From an uncultured delta proteobacterium (lineage in GTDB: Bacteria > Myxococcota > Myxococcia > Myxococcales > Anaeromyxobacteraceae): DNA of 64,000 bases. The notes beneath the pieces were generated by a model. The model did no database searches, had not been told where the DNA came from, and worked only from the letters and a program-made list of their open reading frames with translations. The DNA is taken from the NCBI GenBank assembly GCA_963845515.1, contig CAWJSR010000010.1, positions 64,001 through 128,000 of the forward strand, given 5' to 3'. This document shows positions 21,908-31,656 of this stretch, piece after piece. Positions within the stretch are counted from its first letter, which is position 1, and each line of letters begins with the position of its first letter. The position numbers and the translations under genes are program-made.

Positions 21908-22309
21908 ATGCGCCGAGCCCTCCTCGCCCTCTCCACCGCCGCACTGCTCGCCGCCTGCGGCCGGGATTCTTCCTCCTCGACGTCGTGCAACGATTCGGGC
22001 GGATCCACGATGTGCCCCGGTGACGACTGCCTGTCGTGCCACGGCTTCAAGGCCGCCGGGACGGTCTTCGCCGGCCTGTCGTCCACGACCCCGGTGAGCG
22101 GCGCCACGGTCCGGATCGTCCCGGCGAGCGGGAGCGCCGTCACGCTCACGACCAACTCGGCCGGGAACTTCTACACCTCGACCTCGCTCGCCTTCCCGCT
22201 CCAGAGCGTGACCGTGAGCAAGGGGGCCGACACGGCCGAGATGACCGGCGTCGGGAGCGGCGGCTGCAACGGCTGCCACGACACCTCCTTCCGCGTCCAC
22301 CTCCCCTGA
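21908..22309 (+). CDS. Putative diheme c-type cytochrome lipoprotein
   Basis: Lipobox LAAC; CLSCH and CNGCH flanking a small beta domain (GATVRI..TTNSAGNFY). Confidence 0.75.
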   Translation: MRRALLALSTAALLAACGRDSSSSTSCNDSGGSTMCPGDDCLSCHGFKAAGTVFAGLSSTTPVSGATVRIVPASGSAVTLTTNSAGNFYTSTSLAFPLQSVTVSKGADTAEMTGVGSGGCNGCHDTSFRVHLP

Positions 22310-22310
22310 G

Positions 22311-24110
22311 TCACTCGACCGTCTCGCAGCTCGCCCAGCCGCACGAAGCGCAGGTCGCGCAGCCCCCGCTCCGCGCCACGGGCGCGCCGCACTGCGGGCA
22401 GAGGTCGCCGTTGGCGACCGTCCCGCCGCGCAGCACCTGCCGGTCCCTGGAGCCGTCGCGGTAGACGGTGATCCCCTTGCAGCCCAGCTCGAAGGCGAGC
22501 TGGAAGGCTGCCGCCACGTCCTGCCGCGAGGCGTCTCGGGAGAGGTTCACGGTCTTCGAGACGCCGTTGTCGGTGTGGCGCTGGAAGGCCGCCTGCATCC
22601 GCACGTGCCCCTCGGGGGCGACGTCGTGCGCGGTCGCGAAGAGGCGCGAGACCGGCTCCGGCACGCCAGCGGTCCCGCGGGCGCGCCCGGTGGCCCGGAT
22701 GGCCGCCAGCGCGCCATCGACCTGTCCCGCCGGCGCGTGCGCGCGGAGCGCCCCCTCCAGCAGCGGATGCTCCTCACGAAGCTCGGCGTCGTCGAGCGCC
22801 CGGCGCGTCCAGGCCACCGCGTAGAGCGGCTCGATCCCGGAGGAGCAGCCCGCGATCAGCGCCAGCGTCCCGGTCGGCGCGATGGTGGTGACCGTGGCGT
22901 TGCGCCGGGCCGGCAGGCCACGCCGCGCGAGCGCGCTCGTCGAAAAGCCCGGGAAGGGGCCGCGCTCCTTCGCGAGCGCCTCGCTGGTGGCGTGCGCCTC
23001 CTTCGTCACGAAGGCCATCACCTCGTCGCCGAGCGCGAGGGCCGCTGGCGAGTCGTAGGGGAGGCCGGCCGCGATGAGCAGGTCGGCCCAGCCCATCACG
23101 CCGAGCCCGATCTTCCGGTTTCGGTGCGAGATCTCCGCGATCTGCGGCAGCGGCCAGCCGTTCACCTCCAGCACGTCGTCGAGGAAGCGGACCCCGTCGC
23201 GGACGCACGCCGCGAGCCCCTCCCAGTCCACGCCTCCCCCGCGCCCGAAGCGCGAGAGGTTGACCGAGCCGAGCGTGCAGGCCTCGAAGGGCAGCAGGGG
23301 CTGCTCGCCGCATGGGTTCACGGCCTCGAAGGCGCCGGCGTCCGGCGTCGGGTTCTGGGCCTCGACCCGATCCATGAAGACGAGCCCCGGCTCGCCGGAC
23401 GCCCACGCGGCGTCGGCGATCTCGTCGAGGAGCAGCCCGGCGTCCACCTCGCGAACGGTCGCGCCCGTCCTCGGGTGCAGCAGGGGCCACGTCGCGCCGC
23501 GGGCAGCCGCCGCGAAGAGCGCGTCGGGGGCGGCCACCGAGACGTTGAAGTTCTCGAGCCCCGGGCCGCGCTTTGCCCGGACGAAGTCGAGCACGTCGGG
23601 GTGGTCGGCGCGCAGCACCGCCATGTTGGCGCCGCGCCGGACGCCCCCCTGCTTGATGGTCTCGGTCGCGGCGTCGAAGACGCGCATGAAGGAGACCGGG
23701 CCGCTCGCGACGCCGTGGGTCGTCTTCACGACGTCGCCGCGGGGGCGGAGGCGCGAGAACGAGAAGCCAGTCCCGCCGCCCGACTGGTGGATGAGCGCCG
23801 CCCACTTCAGGGCGTCGAAGATGGAGCCCAGGTCGTCGTCGACCGGCAGGACGAAGCAGGCGGCGAGCTGACCGCGATCCCGGCCGGCGTTCATCAGCGT
23901 CGGCGAGTTGGGGAGGAACTCGAGCGAGGCCATCCTGGCCTCGAACCGCTCCGCCGTCGCGGCCCGCAGGCCGTGCGGCTCCGCCAGCGCGACGGCCCTC
24001 GCCACGCGCCGGAAGAGCTCCGCTGGAGCCTCCATCGGCTGCCCGTCCTCGCCCTTCAGCAGATAACGCCGGGAGAGGACCGCTACCGCGCTCGCGCCGA
24101 GTGTGACCAT
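22311..24110 (-). CDS. nrdJ: Adenosylcobalamin-dependent (class II) ribonucleotide reductase
   Basis: FLPNSPTLMNAG, ACFVLP, GGGTG, NPCGEQPL..EACTLGS, TIAPTGT, SKTVN, KGITVYRDGSR, C-terminal CPQC..CASC. Confidence 0.93.
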   Translation of the reverse strand: MVTLGASAVAVLSRRYLLKGEDGQPMEAPAELFRRVARAVALAEPHGLRAATAERFEARMASLEFLPNSPTLMNAGRDRGQLAACFVLPVDDDLGSIFDALKWAALIHQSGGGTGFSFSRLRPRGDVVKTTHGVASGPVSFMRVFDAATETIKQGGVRRGANMAVLRADHPDVLDFVRAKRGPGLENFNVSVAAPDALFAAAARGATWPLLHPRTGATVREVDAGLLLDEIADAAWASGEPGLVFMDRVEAQNPTPDAGAFEAVNPCGEQPLLPFEACTLGSVNLSRFGRGGGVDWEGLAACVRDGVRFLDDVLEVNGWPLPQIAEISHRNRKIGLGVMGWADLLIAAGLPYDSPAALALGDEVMAFVTKEAHATSEALAKERGPFPGFSTSALARRGLPARRNATVTTIAPTGTLALIAGCSSGIEPLYAVAWTRRALDDAELREEHPLLEGALRAHAPAGQVDGALAAIRATGRARGTAGVPEPVSRLFATAHDVAPEGHVRMQAAFQRHTDNGVSKTVNLSRDASRQDVAAAFQLAFELGCKGITVYRDGSRDRQVLRGGTVANGDLCPQCGAPVARSGGCATCASCGWASCETVE

Positions 24111-24236
24111 CCATACAAGGCTAATCCTTCCGCGCGGCGCGAGCACGCCGGCGTGGTGAGGGTGGCCCACTGGGGCGGTCAGGCCAGCGCTCACGGGGCG
24201 CTTGTGCGCCGCGCCGCCGCTGCGTACAACCTGACG

Positions 24237-24941
24237 ATGACCCGGACCGCACGAACCCTCGCACTGGCCGTCGCATTCGCGTCGCTCGCCGCATGCTCCC
24301 CGCGGGTGGTCATCCCCGACGAGGAGCGGCTGCGCATCTCCGAGGAGCTGGACGGCCGCGCGCGCTACCTGCGCGTCGCGACCTTCGCGGCCCCCTTCTT
24401 CGGCGACTCGTCGCGCTACCTCCTGACCGACCAGCCCGTCGACGAGGTCCAGCTGCTCGAGTCCGCGAGCGGCGAGAAGATCCCGCCTCCGCCCTCGGAG
24501 CGCGTCTTTCCACCGGGGACCCGGGTCCGGATCCGCACGGTCGAGTTCCCCACCGCGTGGCTCATCGCGAAGCGGATCGTGATGACGCCCCGCTACCACC
24601 CGTGGGCGATCGTCGACGTGGAGGGCGAGAGGCGCCCCGCCGTCATCGTCCTGCCCCAGGAGTCGGCCCGGCTGGAGGACGTCAGGACGGAGCTCGACCG
24701 CATCCTGTCGATCGACGACCCCACGCCCGAGCTCCAGGCGCTGCCGCGCGATCAGCAGGACGCGATCCGGCGCAAGGAGCTCGTCGAGGGCATGACCGCG
24801 CGCTCCGTCGAGCTCTCGTGGGGCCAGCCCGAGAAGCGGCGCATCGACCGGCCGGCGGGCACCGAGGACTGGAGCTGGCCGGGCTCGCGCCGCGCCGCCC
24901 ATTTCAAGGAGGATCGGCTGGTCCGCTGGGAGAAGAAGTAG
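24237..24941 (+). CDS. Lipoprotein of unknown function
   Basis: Lipobox LAAC; C-terminal GMT..VELSWGQP resembles BamE/SmpA-like modules. Confidence 0.7.
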   Translation: MTRTARTLALAVAFASLAACSPRVVIPDEERLRISEELDGRARYLRVATFAAPFFGDSSRYLLTDQPVDEVQLLESASGEKIPPPPSERVFPPGTRVRIRTVEFPTAWLIAKRIVMTPRYHPWAIVDVEGERRPAVIVLPQESARLEDVRTELDRILSIDDPTPELQALPRDQQDAIRRKELVEGMTARSVELSWGQPEKRRIDRPAGTEDWSWPGSRRAAHFKEDRLVRWEKK

Positions 24942-24945
24942 GGCT

Positions 24946-25069
24946 GCGAGCGCCGATCCTCTCGCTGCGGCGGGCGGCCTCGTCGCGGCGCTGCTCGGCG
25001 TACGAAGAAGTACGCCTGCGCTGCTCGCTCCTCGGGGCGCCCGCCTCGCTTCGGTCTCGGCGCTCTCGC
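24946..25069. repeat. Nested palindromic (REP-like) element between convergent genes
   Basis: GCGAGCGCCGA...TCGGCGCTCTCGC enclosing GGCGGGCG...CGCCCGCC and a central GGCGTAC-GAAGAA-GTACGCC. Confidence 0.65.
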
Positions 25070-25085
25070 CGACGGATCCGGGGCG

Positions 25086-25856
25086 CTAGCGGGGGCCGCG
25101 GCGGGTTGGGCCGCGCCCGCCGTGCCGCTCGCCGCCGCGGCGGTCGCTGCGGCCGCCGCGCTCGTTCCGGTCCCGCCGCGGCGGCCGGCGCTCATCGCGC
25201 TCGGGCCGATCGCCCTTCCCCGGCTCGACGCCGATGGCCACCGAGTAGACTGTCGCGGCCCTGATCTGGGCCACCACGTCGGCCTCGGTCCTCACGATGT
25301 CGCGGAAGAGCGTCGCCGCCCCGCCGATCTCGTCGAGCGACGCGTGCGCGTCCGAGCCCGCGATGCAGGGCAGGTTCATGTGATCGGCCGCCTCGACGGC
25401 GAGGTCGTTGGCCGACGCCTTGCGCCGCCCGTTGAGCCCCTCGATCGCCGAGAGGCCGTCGAGCGTGAAGATGAAGTCACCGCTGGGACGCTCGATCGAC
25501 TTGTCGTATGGGTGCGCCGCGACCGCGACGCCCCCGAGGTCGCGAACCTTCTGGAGCACGTCGCCCACCGGCCACGGCGTCGCGCTGCCGAAGATCTGGG
25601 GCGGGGCCGGGATCTTCGCCGGGTCCGGGAAGAAGCAGAGGTAATGTCCGCGATCCGTCGCGATCTCGACGCCGGCCAGGGCGAGGATCCCCTCCGCGCG
25701 CCCGGCCGCGCGGATCTCCTCGAGCCCGTCCAGCGTGTTCAGGTCGGTGAAGGCGACGCCGTCGAGCCCAGCCTCCTTCGCGCGCCGGAGGACGTCGCGC
25801 GGCGCGAGCGTGCACCCTCGCGTGTGATGGCTGTGGACGTGGAGGTCGATGAGCAT
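25086..25856 (-). CDS. PHP-domain metal-dependent phosphoesterase
   Basis: IDLHVHS, GVEI, AHP, GSDAH. Confidence 0.88.
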   Translation of the reverse strand: MLIDLHVHSHHTRGCTLAPRDVLRRAKEAGLDGVAFTDLNTLDGLEEIRAAGRAEGILALAGVEIATDRGHYLCFFPDPAKIPAPPQIFGSATPWPVGDVLQKVRDLGGVAVAAHPYDKSIERPSGDFIFTLDGLSAIEGLNGRRKASANDLAVEAADHMNLPCIAGSDAHASLDEIGGAATLFRDIVRTEADVVAQIRAATVYSVAIGVEPGKGDRPERDERRPPRRDRNERGGRSDRRGGERHGGRGPTRRGPR

Positions 25857-25931
25857 TCGGGCCCCGTGGCGATCTTGAGGCGCCGGTGATTACCACGGCG
25901 CCGGATCGAGGGGAAGCGCCGGGCCGCTTGT

Positions 25932-25960
25932 TTGACTCCCTTTAACCCCTCGGCAATACT
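25932..25960 (+). promoter_or_regulatory. Putative sigma70 promoter
   Basis: TTGACT-N17-AATACT upstream of the 26015 ORF. Confidence 0.45.
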
Positions 25961-26014
25961 CCCGTTTCAGCGATCGCGTCGAGGGCGGCGTGTTCGGGCA
26001 CTGAGGAGATCGCG

Positions 26015-26200
26015 ATGCATTTCACCGGGGTGAAGGTCTTCTCGGCGACCAAGGCGAAGGAGCGCGAGGAGCTCGGCGAGGTGATCACGCGCTGGCTCAA
26101 GGCGAACGCCGACCTCGAGGTGGTGGACAAGGTCGTCTCCCAGTCTTCCGACAACGAGTTCCACTGCCTCTCGATCGTCCTGTTCTTCCGTCCCAAGTAG
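26015..26200 (+). CDS. Small hypothetical protein (61 aa)
   Basis: GAGGAG SD, typical codon bias, putative promoter upstream. Confidence 0.8.
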   Translation: MHFTGVKVFSATKAKEREELGEVITRWLKANADLEVVDKVVSQSSDNEFHCLSIVLFFRPK

Positions 26201-26308
26201 GCGGGACGTACCGGGCCACTCACCGAGGCGTGCCGCCCCGCTCCACCGTGCGGGTGCCCCTCCGTCGTGGTGTTCGCGCCGGCGCTGACGGCGTGATAAC
26301 AGGGGCGC

Positions 26309-27787
26309 ATGAAGCTCAAGCAGCGTCCGGAAGACTTCGTCGTCACCGAGTCCTGGCGATTCGACGAGGATCCCGCAGGCGAGCACTACGTCTACTTGAT
26401 GGACAAGCAGAAGCTGACCACCTTCGACGCGGTGGATCGCATCTGCGCGCGCTTCAAGATCCAGCACGCCAAGGTCAGCTACTGCGGGCTCAAGGACAAG
26501 CAGGGGCGCACCACCCAGCTCGTGGCGGTCCGCGGTCAGCAGATCGACATGCAGGACCCCGACCTGAGGCTCAAGTTCCTCGGCCGGAGCGCGACGCCGC
26601 TCACCGCGGAGAACACGACCTCCAACCGCTTCGCGGTGACGGTCCGCGACCTCAGCGAGGAGGACCTCGCGAAGCTCTCCGGGGCCGTCGCCGAGGTCCA
26701 CCGGCTCGGCGTGGTGAACTACTTCGACTCGCAGCGCTTCGGCGCGCTGAAGCACGGTCAGGGGTTCGTGGCGAAGGAGTTCCTGCGCGGCGACTTCGAG
26801 ACCGCGCTGCGAAACCTGATCGCCCACCCGAGCGAGCTGGACCAGACCGACGACGCGCGCGTGAAGGGTTTCTGGAAGGAGCACTGGGGCGACTGGGAGC
26901 GGCGCAACCCGTTCCAGGGCGCAGAGAAGTACCGCCGGATCATCAAGTACCTCGCCGGCCACCCCGGGGACTTCCGCGGCGCCATCCTCCGGACCGAGCC
27001 GCGCTGGCGCGCCCTGCAGGTCTTCGCCTACCAGAGCTGGCTCTGGAACGAGGGGGCGAAGGCGTACCTGAAGGACGTCGTGGGGATCACGCGGCTCGTG
27101 CCGGTCCGGTACCAGGTCGGCGTGCTCCTCTTCCCCCGCGAGCTCGACTCCGAGACCGCCGACCTCCTCCGCCACAAGACCTTCCCGCTCCTCGCCCCGG
27201 ACTCGAAGTTCGACGACGAGAAGGTGAAGCGCGCCGCGATGGCGGTCATGAAGCGGGACGACATGACGCTCGCGAGCCTGCGGGTCCCCAACACGCCCGA
27301 GATCCACTTCGACCACGAGGAGCGGCCGCTGTTCGTCCAGCCGGGCCGGCTCACCGTCGGCGCCCCTCAGCGGGACGAGCTCAACCAGGGGCGCTCCCGG
27401 GTAAACGTCGCGTTCACCCTCCCGCCAGGCGCCTACGCGACCCTGGTGGTCAAGCGGCTCTTCCACTGGACGCTGGAGCCGCGCAACGCCTCGCACCGCG
27501 CGAGGCGTGAGGCCGACGAGGCCACGCGGCTGGAGCGGTTGGCGCGCCTGGATCGACGCGAAGCTGGCGTCAGCGCGGCGCGCAAGTCACCGCTGCTCGC
27601 GCCGTCGGGTACCGCACCGGTCGCGGCACCGGAAGGGGCCGCCGCGCCCGAGCCCGCACCCGTCGATCCCCGCCAGACGGGCTTCCGGGCGAAGCAGAAG
27701 GCGAAGCGAGCCGCGCGCGAGACGGCGCGGGCCAAGGCGCCGAGGAAGCCGCCCGCCAGGCGGAAGCCCGCGAAGAAGCGGCGCTAA
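26309..27787 (+). CDS. truD: tRNA pseudouridine(13) synthase
   Basis: KQRPEDFVVTE, GLKDK..TTQ, NRF, NYFDSQRFG, FTLPPGAYAT. Confidence 0.93.
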   Translation: MKLKQRPEDFVVTESWRFDEDPAGEHYVYLMDKQKLTTFDAVDRICARFKIQHAKVSYCGLKDKQGRTTQLVAVRGQQIDMQDPDLRLKFLGRSATPLTAENTTSNRFAVTVRDLSEEDLAKLSGAVAEVHRLGVVNYFDSQRFGALKHGQGFVAKEFLRGDFETALRNLIAHPSELDQTDDARVKGFWKEHWGDWERRNPFQGAEKYRRIIKYLAGHPGDFRGAILRTEPRWRALQVFAYQSWLWNEGAKAYLKDVVGITRLVPVRYQVGVLLFPRELDSETADLLRHKTFPLLAPDSKFDDEKVKRAAMAVMKRDDMTLASLRVPNTPEIHFDHEERPLFVQPGRLTVGAPQRDELNQGRSRVNVAFTLPPGAYATLVVKRLFHWTLEPRNASHRARREADEATRLERLARLDRREAGVSAARKSPLLAPSGTAPVAAPEGAAAPEPAPVDPRQTGFRAKQKAKRAARETARAKAPRKPPARRKPAKKRR

Positions 27788-28545
27788 GCCGGCACCACGT
27801 ACCACTGCCCCTTCGCGCCCTGCTCCCGGCGCATGAGCCCCTCCTTCTCCATCTCCTCCAGCAGCCGGGAGAAGGTCGAGAAGCCGTGGTCGCGCTCGTC
27901 GAAGTCGGGCTCGCGCCGGACGATGGCGGCCTTTATGGCCGACGGGTTCACCGGCGCGGTGGCGCCGGCGAGGATCGCCGCGAGCGCCTCGCGGGCGACC
28001 TCCGGCACCGCCTTCGCCTTGGCCTTCTCCTTCTCCTCCTTCTTCTCCGCCCCGCCGCCGGCGTGGCGCCGCGGGCTGCCCGGCGCGCGGAGGTAGATGA
28101 ACTCGTCGCAGCTCTTCACGAAGAGCTGGCTCGTCGCCTCCTTCACGGCCATCCCGATCACCATCCGGTCGTTCTCCCGCAGCTTGGAGGCCAGCGGGCA
28201 GAAGTCGGAGTCGCCGGAGGCGATGACGAAGGTGTCGATGTGCTCGCGCAGGTAGCAGAGCTCGAGCGCGTCGATCACTAGCCGGACGTCGGCGCCGTTC
28301 TTCCCCGCACGGGTCGAGGGCGGCACGTCGATCAGCTCGACGCCGTGATCGTGGAGTCGCTGCGTCGAGGGCGCGAAGCGGGTCCAGTCGGCGTACGCGC
28401 GCCTGAAGACGATCTTCCCCTTGGACAGGAGGGCGTCGACGGCGGGCTGGAGGTCGAACTTGTCGGCGTCGATGCCGGTCCGGGTGACCAGGTTCTCGAA
28501 GTCGATGAAGAGTGCGATGCGCTGGTCGTTGGTGTCGTGCTTCAT
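27784..28545 (-). CDS. NYN (LabA/DUF88) domain protein with C-terminal OST-HTH
   Basis: ALFIDFEN, KNGADVRLVID, SGDSDF; PDFDERDHGFSTFSRLL. Confidence 0.9.
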   Translation of the reverse strand: MKHDTNDQRIALFIDFENLVTRTGIDADKFDLQPAVDALLSKGKIVFRRAYADWTRFAPSTQRLHDHGVELIDVPPSTRAGKNGADVRLVIDALELCYLREHIDTFVIASGDSDFCPLASKLRENDRMVIGMAVKEATSQLFVKSCDEFIYLRAPGSPRRHAGGGAEKKEEKEKAKAKAVPEVAREALAAILAGATAPVNPSAIKAAIVRREPDFDERDHGFSTFSRLLEEMEKEGLMRREQGAKGQWYVVPA

Positions 28546-28614
28546 TGGTACCTCGCCGGCCTAGATGACCGGATCGGGCGCAAACTGACAGGAATGTCAC
28601 ACATCCGCAAGGCG

Positions 28615-29394
28615 CTACCGGGGCCCCAGGCGCGCCGCGATCGCGTCGGCGAGCGCTGGAGCCGTGTACTCCGCCGGCGTCGCGCCCGCCTCGAAGCCCT
28701 CGTCGCGCAGCGCGCCCGCGGTGGTCGGACCTATGGCAGCGAGGAGCACCGCGCGCAGCGCCTCGCGCTCCGACCCGAGCGCGCCGGTCACCGCCTTCAC
28801 CGCCGACGGGGAGGCGAAGGTCACGGCGTCGACCTCGCCGCGGACGATCCAGCCCGCGAGGGCCCTGAGCGTCCCGGCAGGCGCCGGCACGGTCCGGTAG
28901 GCGTCCGGCGCCGTCAGGATCGCACCCGCCGCCGCGAGCCCGCGTGGCAGCTCGGGGCGACCGTCCGCAGCGCGCGGCAGCAGCACCCTCGCGCCGCGCA
29001 CGCTGGGCGCGAGCTCGGCGGCGAGCGCCTCCCCCTTCGCCTCACCAGGCACGAGGTCGGGGGCGCGGACGTCGCGTGTCAGGCGCCGGGCCGTCGCGGG
29101 ACCGACCGCCGCCAGCCTGCGGGCGGCGAGCGCCGCGACGGGGACTCCGAGCGCAGCCATCCGCTCCAACGTCCTCTCGACGCCGTTGCCGCTCGCGAAG
29201 ACGACCCAGTCGAAGCCGTCGAGTCCGCGCAGCGCCGCGTCGAGCGGCCCCCAGGACTCCGGGGGACCGGCGACGATGGAGGGCAGCTCCCGGACGGTCG
29301 CCCCGAGGGCGCGCAGCCTGTCCCCGAGCGCGTCGGCATCGCCGTTGCCGCGCGTGACGACGACGGTGCGGCCGTCGAGGCGGGGCGCCGCCAT
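28615..29394 (-). CDS. hemD: Uroporphyrinogen-III synthase
   Basis: VVVTR, WVVFASGNGV, AVGPATA, FASPSAV, AIGPTTA. Confidence 0.92.
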   Translation of the reverse strand: MAAPRLDGRTVVVTRGNGDADALGDRLRALGATVRELPSIVAGPPESWGPLDAALRGLDGFDWVVFASGNGVERTLERMAALGVPVAALAARRLAAVGPATARRLTRDVRAPDLVPGEAKGEALAAELAPSVRGARVLLPRAADGRPELPRGLAAAGAILTAPDAYRTVPAPAGTLRALAGWIVRGEVDAVTFASPSAVKAVTGALGSEREALRAVLLAAIGPTTAGALRDEGFEAGATPAEYTAPALADAIAARLGPR

Positions 29395-29396
29395 GG

Positions 29397-30338
29397 CTAC
29401 CGCTTCGGCGCGGCGAGGCTGGGCGCGCGCCCCTCGGTCTCCTTGAGGATCTCGGCGGCGCCGCGCGAGAGCAGCTCCTCGGCGACCTCGACCCCCATGG
29501 CGTGCGCCTGCGAGGTCGGACCGCGCCGCTCGGCGCGGATGATCCGCGTCCCGTCGAGCGAGGCGACGAGCGCACGCAGCAGCAGCTGCCCGCCCTCGAG
29601 CGTCGCGTGGCCGGCGATCGGGACCTGGCACCCACCCTCGATCCGCGCGAGGAAGCCGCGCTCGGCCTCGATCCGCCAGCGGGTCTCGGGATCCTCCAGC
29701 GCGGCGAGCCGCTTCAGCGTCGCGGCGTCGTCTGCGCGCGCCTCGAGCGCGAGGGCGCCCTGCGCGACCGCCGGGAGCATCTCCTCGGGCGAGAAGACGT
29801 ACGTCGCGCGGTCGCCGAGCCCGAGCCGCCGGAGGCCGGCATAGGCGAGGACCACCGCGTCGAGCTCCTCGGAGGCCTTCCTGAGCCGCGTCTCGACGTT
29901 CCCGCGCACGACCTCGAGTCGGAGGTCGGGTCGGATCGCCTTGAGCTGGGCCGAGCGCCGAAGGCTCGAGGTGCCCACGCGCGCCCCCTTCGGCAGCTTG
30001 TCCAGGGTCTTGAACTTCGGCGAGCAGAGGGCGTCGCGCGGGTCCTCGCGGACCGGCACCGACGCGAGCACGAGCCCGGGCGCGAGGAGCGCCGGGAGGT
30101 CCTTCATCGAGTGGACGGCGATCTCGGCCTCCCGGTTCAGGAGCGCGTCCTCGATCTCCTTGACGAAGAGCCCCTTCCCGCCGACCTCGGCGAGCGGGAC
30201 CTCCAGGATCTTGTCGCCTCGGGTCATCAGCTCGTGGAGCACCACCTCGACCCCCGGCTCGCGGGCCATGAGGAGGTCCCGGACGTGGTTCGCCTGCCAC
30301 TTGGCGAGGGGGCTGCGGCGCGTCGCGATGCGGATCAT
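29397..30338 (-). CDS. hemC: Hydroxymethylbilane synthase
   Basis: ATRRSPLAKWQ, GGKGLFVKE, VHSMKD, GTSSLRR, RGNVETRL, EGGCQVP. Confidence 0.97.
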   Translation of the reverse strand: MIRIATRRSPLAKWQANHVRDLLMAREPGVEVVLHELMTRGDKILEVPLAEVGGKGLFVKEIEDALLNREAEIAVHSMKDLPALLAPGLVLASVPVREDPRDALCSPKFKTLDKLPKGARVGTSSLRRSAQLKAIRPDLRLEVVRGNVETRLRKASEELDAVVLAYAGLRRLGLGDRATYVFSPEEMLPAVAQGALALEARADDAATLKRLAALEDPETRWRIEAERGFLARIEGGCQVPIAGHATLEGGQLLLRALVASLDGTRIIRAERRGPTSQAHAMGVEVAEELLSRGAAEILKETEGRAPSLAAPKR

Positions 30339-31656
30339 CTATCTCTTCTCCGATGCGGCCGCCCGCGCCGCGCCGGTCCCCGACCGTTCGCGCTGCGCCT
30401 GCGGCTCGTCCTTGATTCCAAAGAGCTCCGCCACGACGCCGGGGAGCGCCGAGTCGCCGTTCGACGCGGCCTCCTTGAGCCGCGCCGTCGGGAGGTGGAG
30501 CAGCTTGTTCACGATGGCCTGCGCCATGGCCTCGACGCTCTCGCGCCCGCGGTCGTCGAGCTTCTCGCCCACGCGGGCGAGCGTCCGCTCGACCTCGTGC
30601 GCGGCGATCTCGGCCGCCCGCCGCCGGAGGGTGATCATGACCGGGAGCGCGGCGCGCGCCTCCCGCTCCTTCGCGAAGGCGATCGCCTCTGCCTCGACGA
30701 TCGTCTCGGCGCGCTGCGCCTCGCCGCGGCGCGCCTCATGGGTCGACGAGATCACCTTGTCGAGGTCGTCGATGTCGTACGCGTAGATGTCCTCGAGCTC
30801 CGAGCACGCAGGATCGATGTTGCGCGGGACGGCGAGGTCGATGAGGCAGAGCGAGCGGTGCCTGCGCGCCTTGAGAGTCCGCTTGACGAGGTCCTTCGTG
30901 ACGACGTAGTGCGGCGCGCCGGTCGAGACGATCGCGACCGCCGCCTCGGAGAGGAGCGTCTCCAGCTCGTCCCAGGGACGGAAGACGCCGCCGACGTCGG
31001 TGGCGAGATCCTGGCCGCGCTCCGCCGAGCGGTTGGTCACGACGATCCGGTCGGCGCCGAGCACCTCGAGCGCCTTGGCCGAGAGCGCGCCCATCTTCCC
31101 GGCGCCGACGAGCAGCACCATCCGCCCCTTGAGATCGCCGAAGATCTTGGCGACGAGGTCGACCGCCACCTGGGAGGCGCTCGTCATCCCCTTGCCGATC
31201 TCCGTCTCGGTCCGCACGCGCTTCGCGGTCGCGAAGGCCTTGTTGCAGCAGGCGCGAGACGTACGAGCCGGCCGCCCCGGACGCGCTGGCGATCCCGTAG
31301 GCCTCCTTCACCTGCCCGAGGATCTGCTGCTCCCCGACGACGAGCGAGTCGAGGCTGGCCGCGACGGTGAAGAGGTGCCGGATGGCCTCCTGCCCGTGCT
31401 TCTCGTAGAGGTGGCCGGCGGCGCCGGGGGAGCGCTTGGTGAAGAACTCCTGCGCGCGGCACTCCGACCGACCGAACGTGTAGACCTCGACCCGGTTGCA
31501 GGTGGAGATCACGAAGGCCTCCGAGACGTCGTCGCAGCTGCGCAGCTCGACGAGCGCGTCCTTCAGGGCGTCCCCGGTGAGGGCCACCTTCTCGCGCACC
31601 TCGATGGGCGCGCTCTTGTGCGACAGGCCGACCAGGTGAAGCTCGCGATCGCTCAC
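30339..31656 (-). CDS. hemA: Glutamyl-tRNA reductase; frameshift near 31248
   Basis: [37 protein letters not shown]; after the shift [27 protein letters not shown]. Confidence 0.93.

Noticed and set aside
24111..24236. Cobalamin riboswitch upstream of nrdJ
   Set aside because: Short divergent intergenic region without a recognisable B12 box
27784..28545. NYN protein as a toxin or defence gene
   Set aside because: Ordinary LabA/DUF88 plus OST-HTH architecture in a housekeeping context with no antitoxin or defence neighbours
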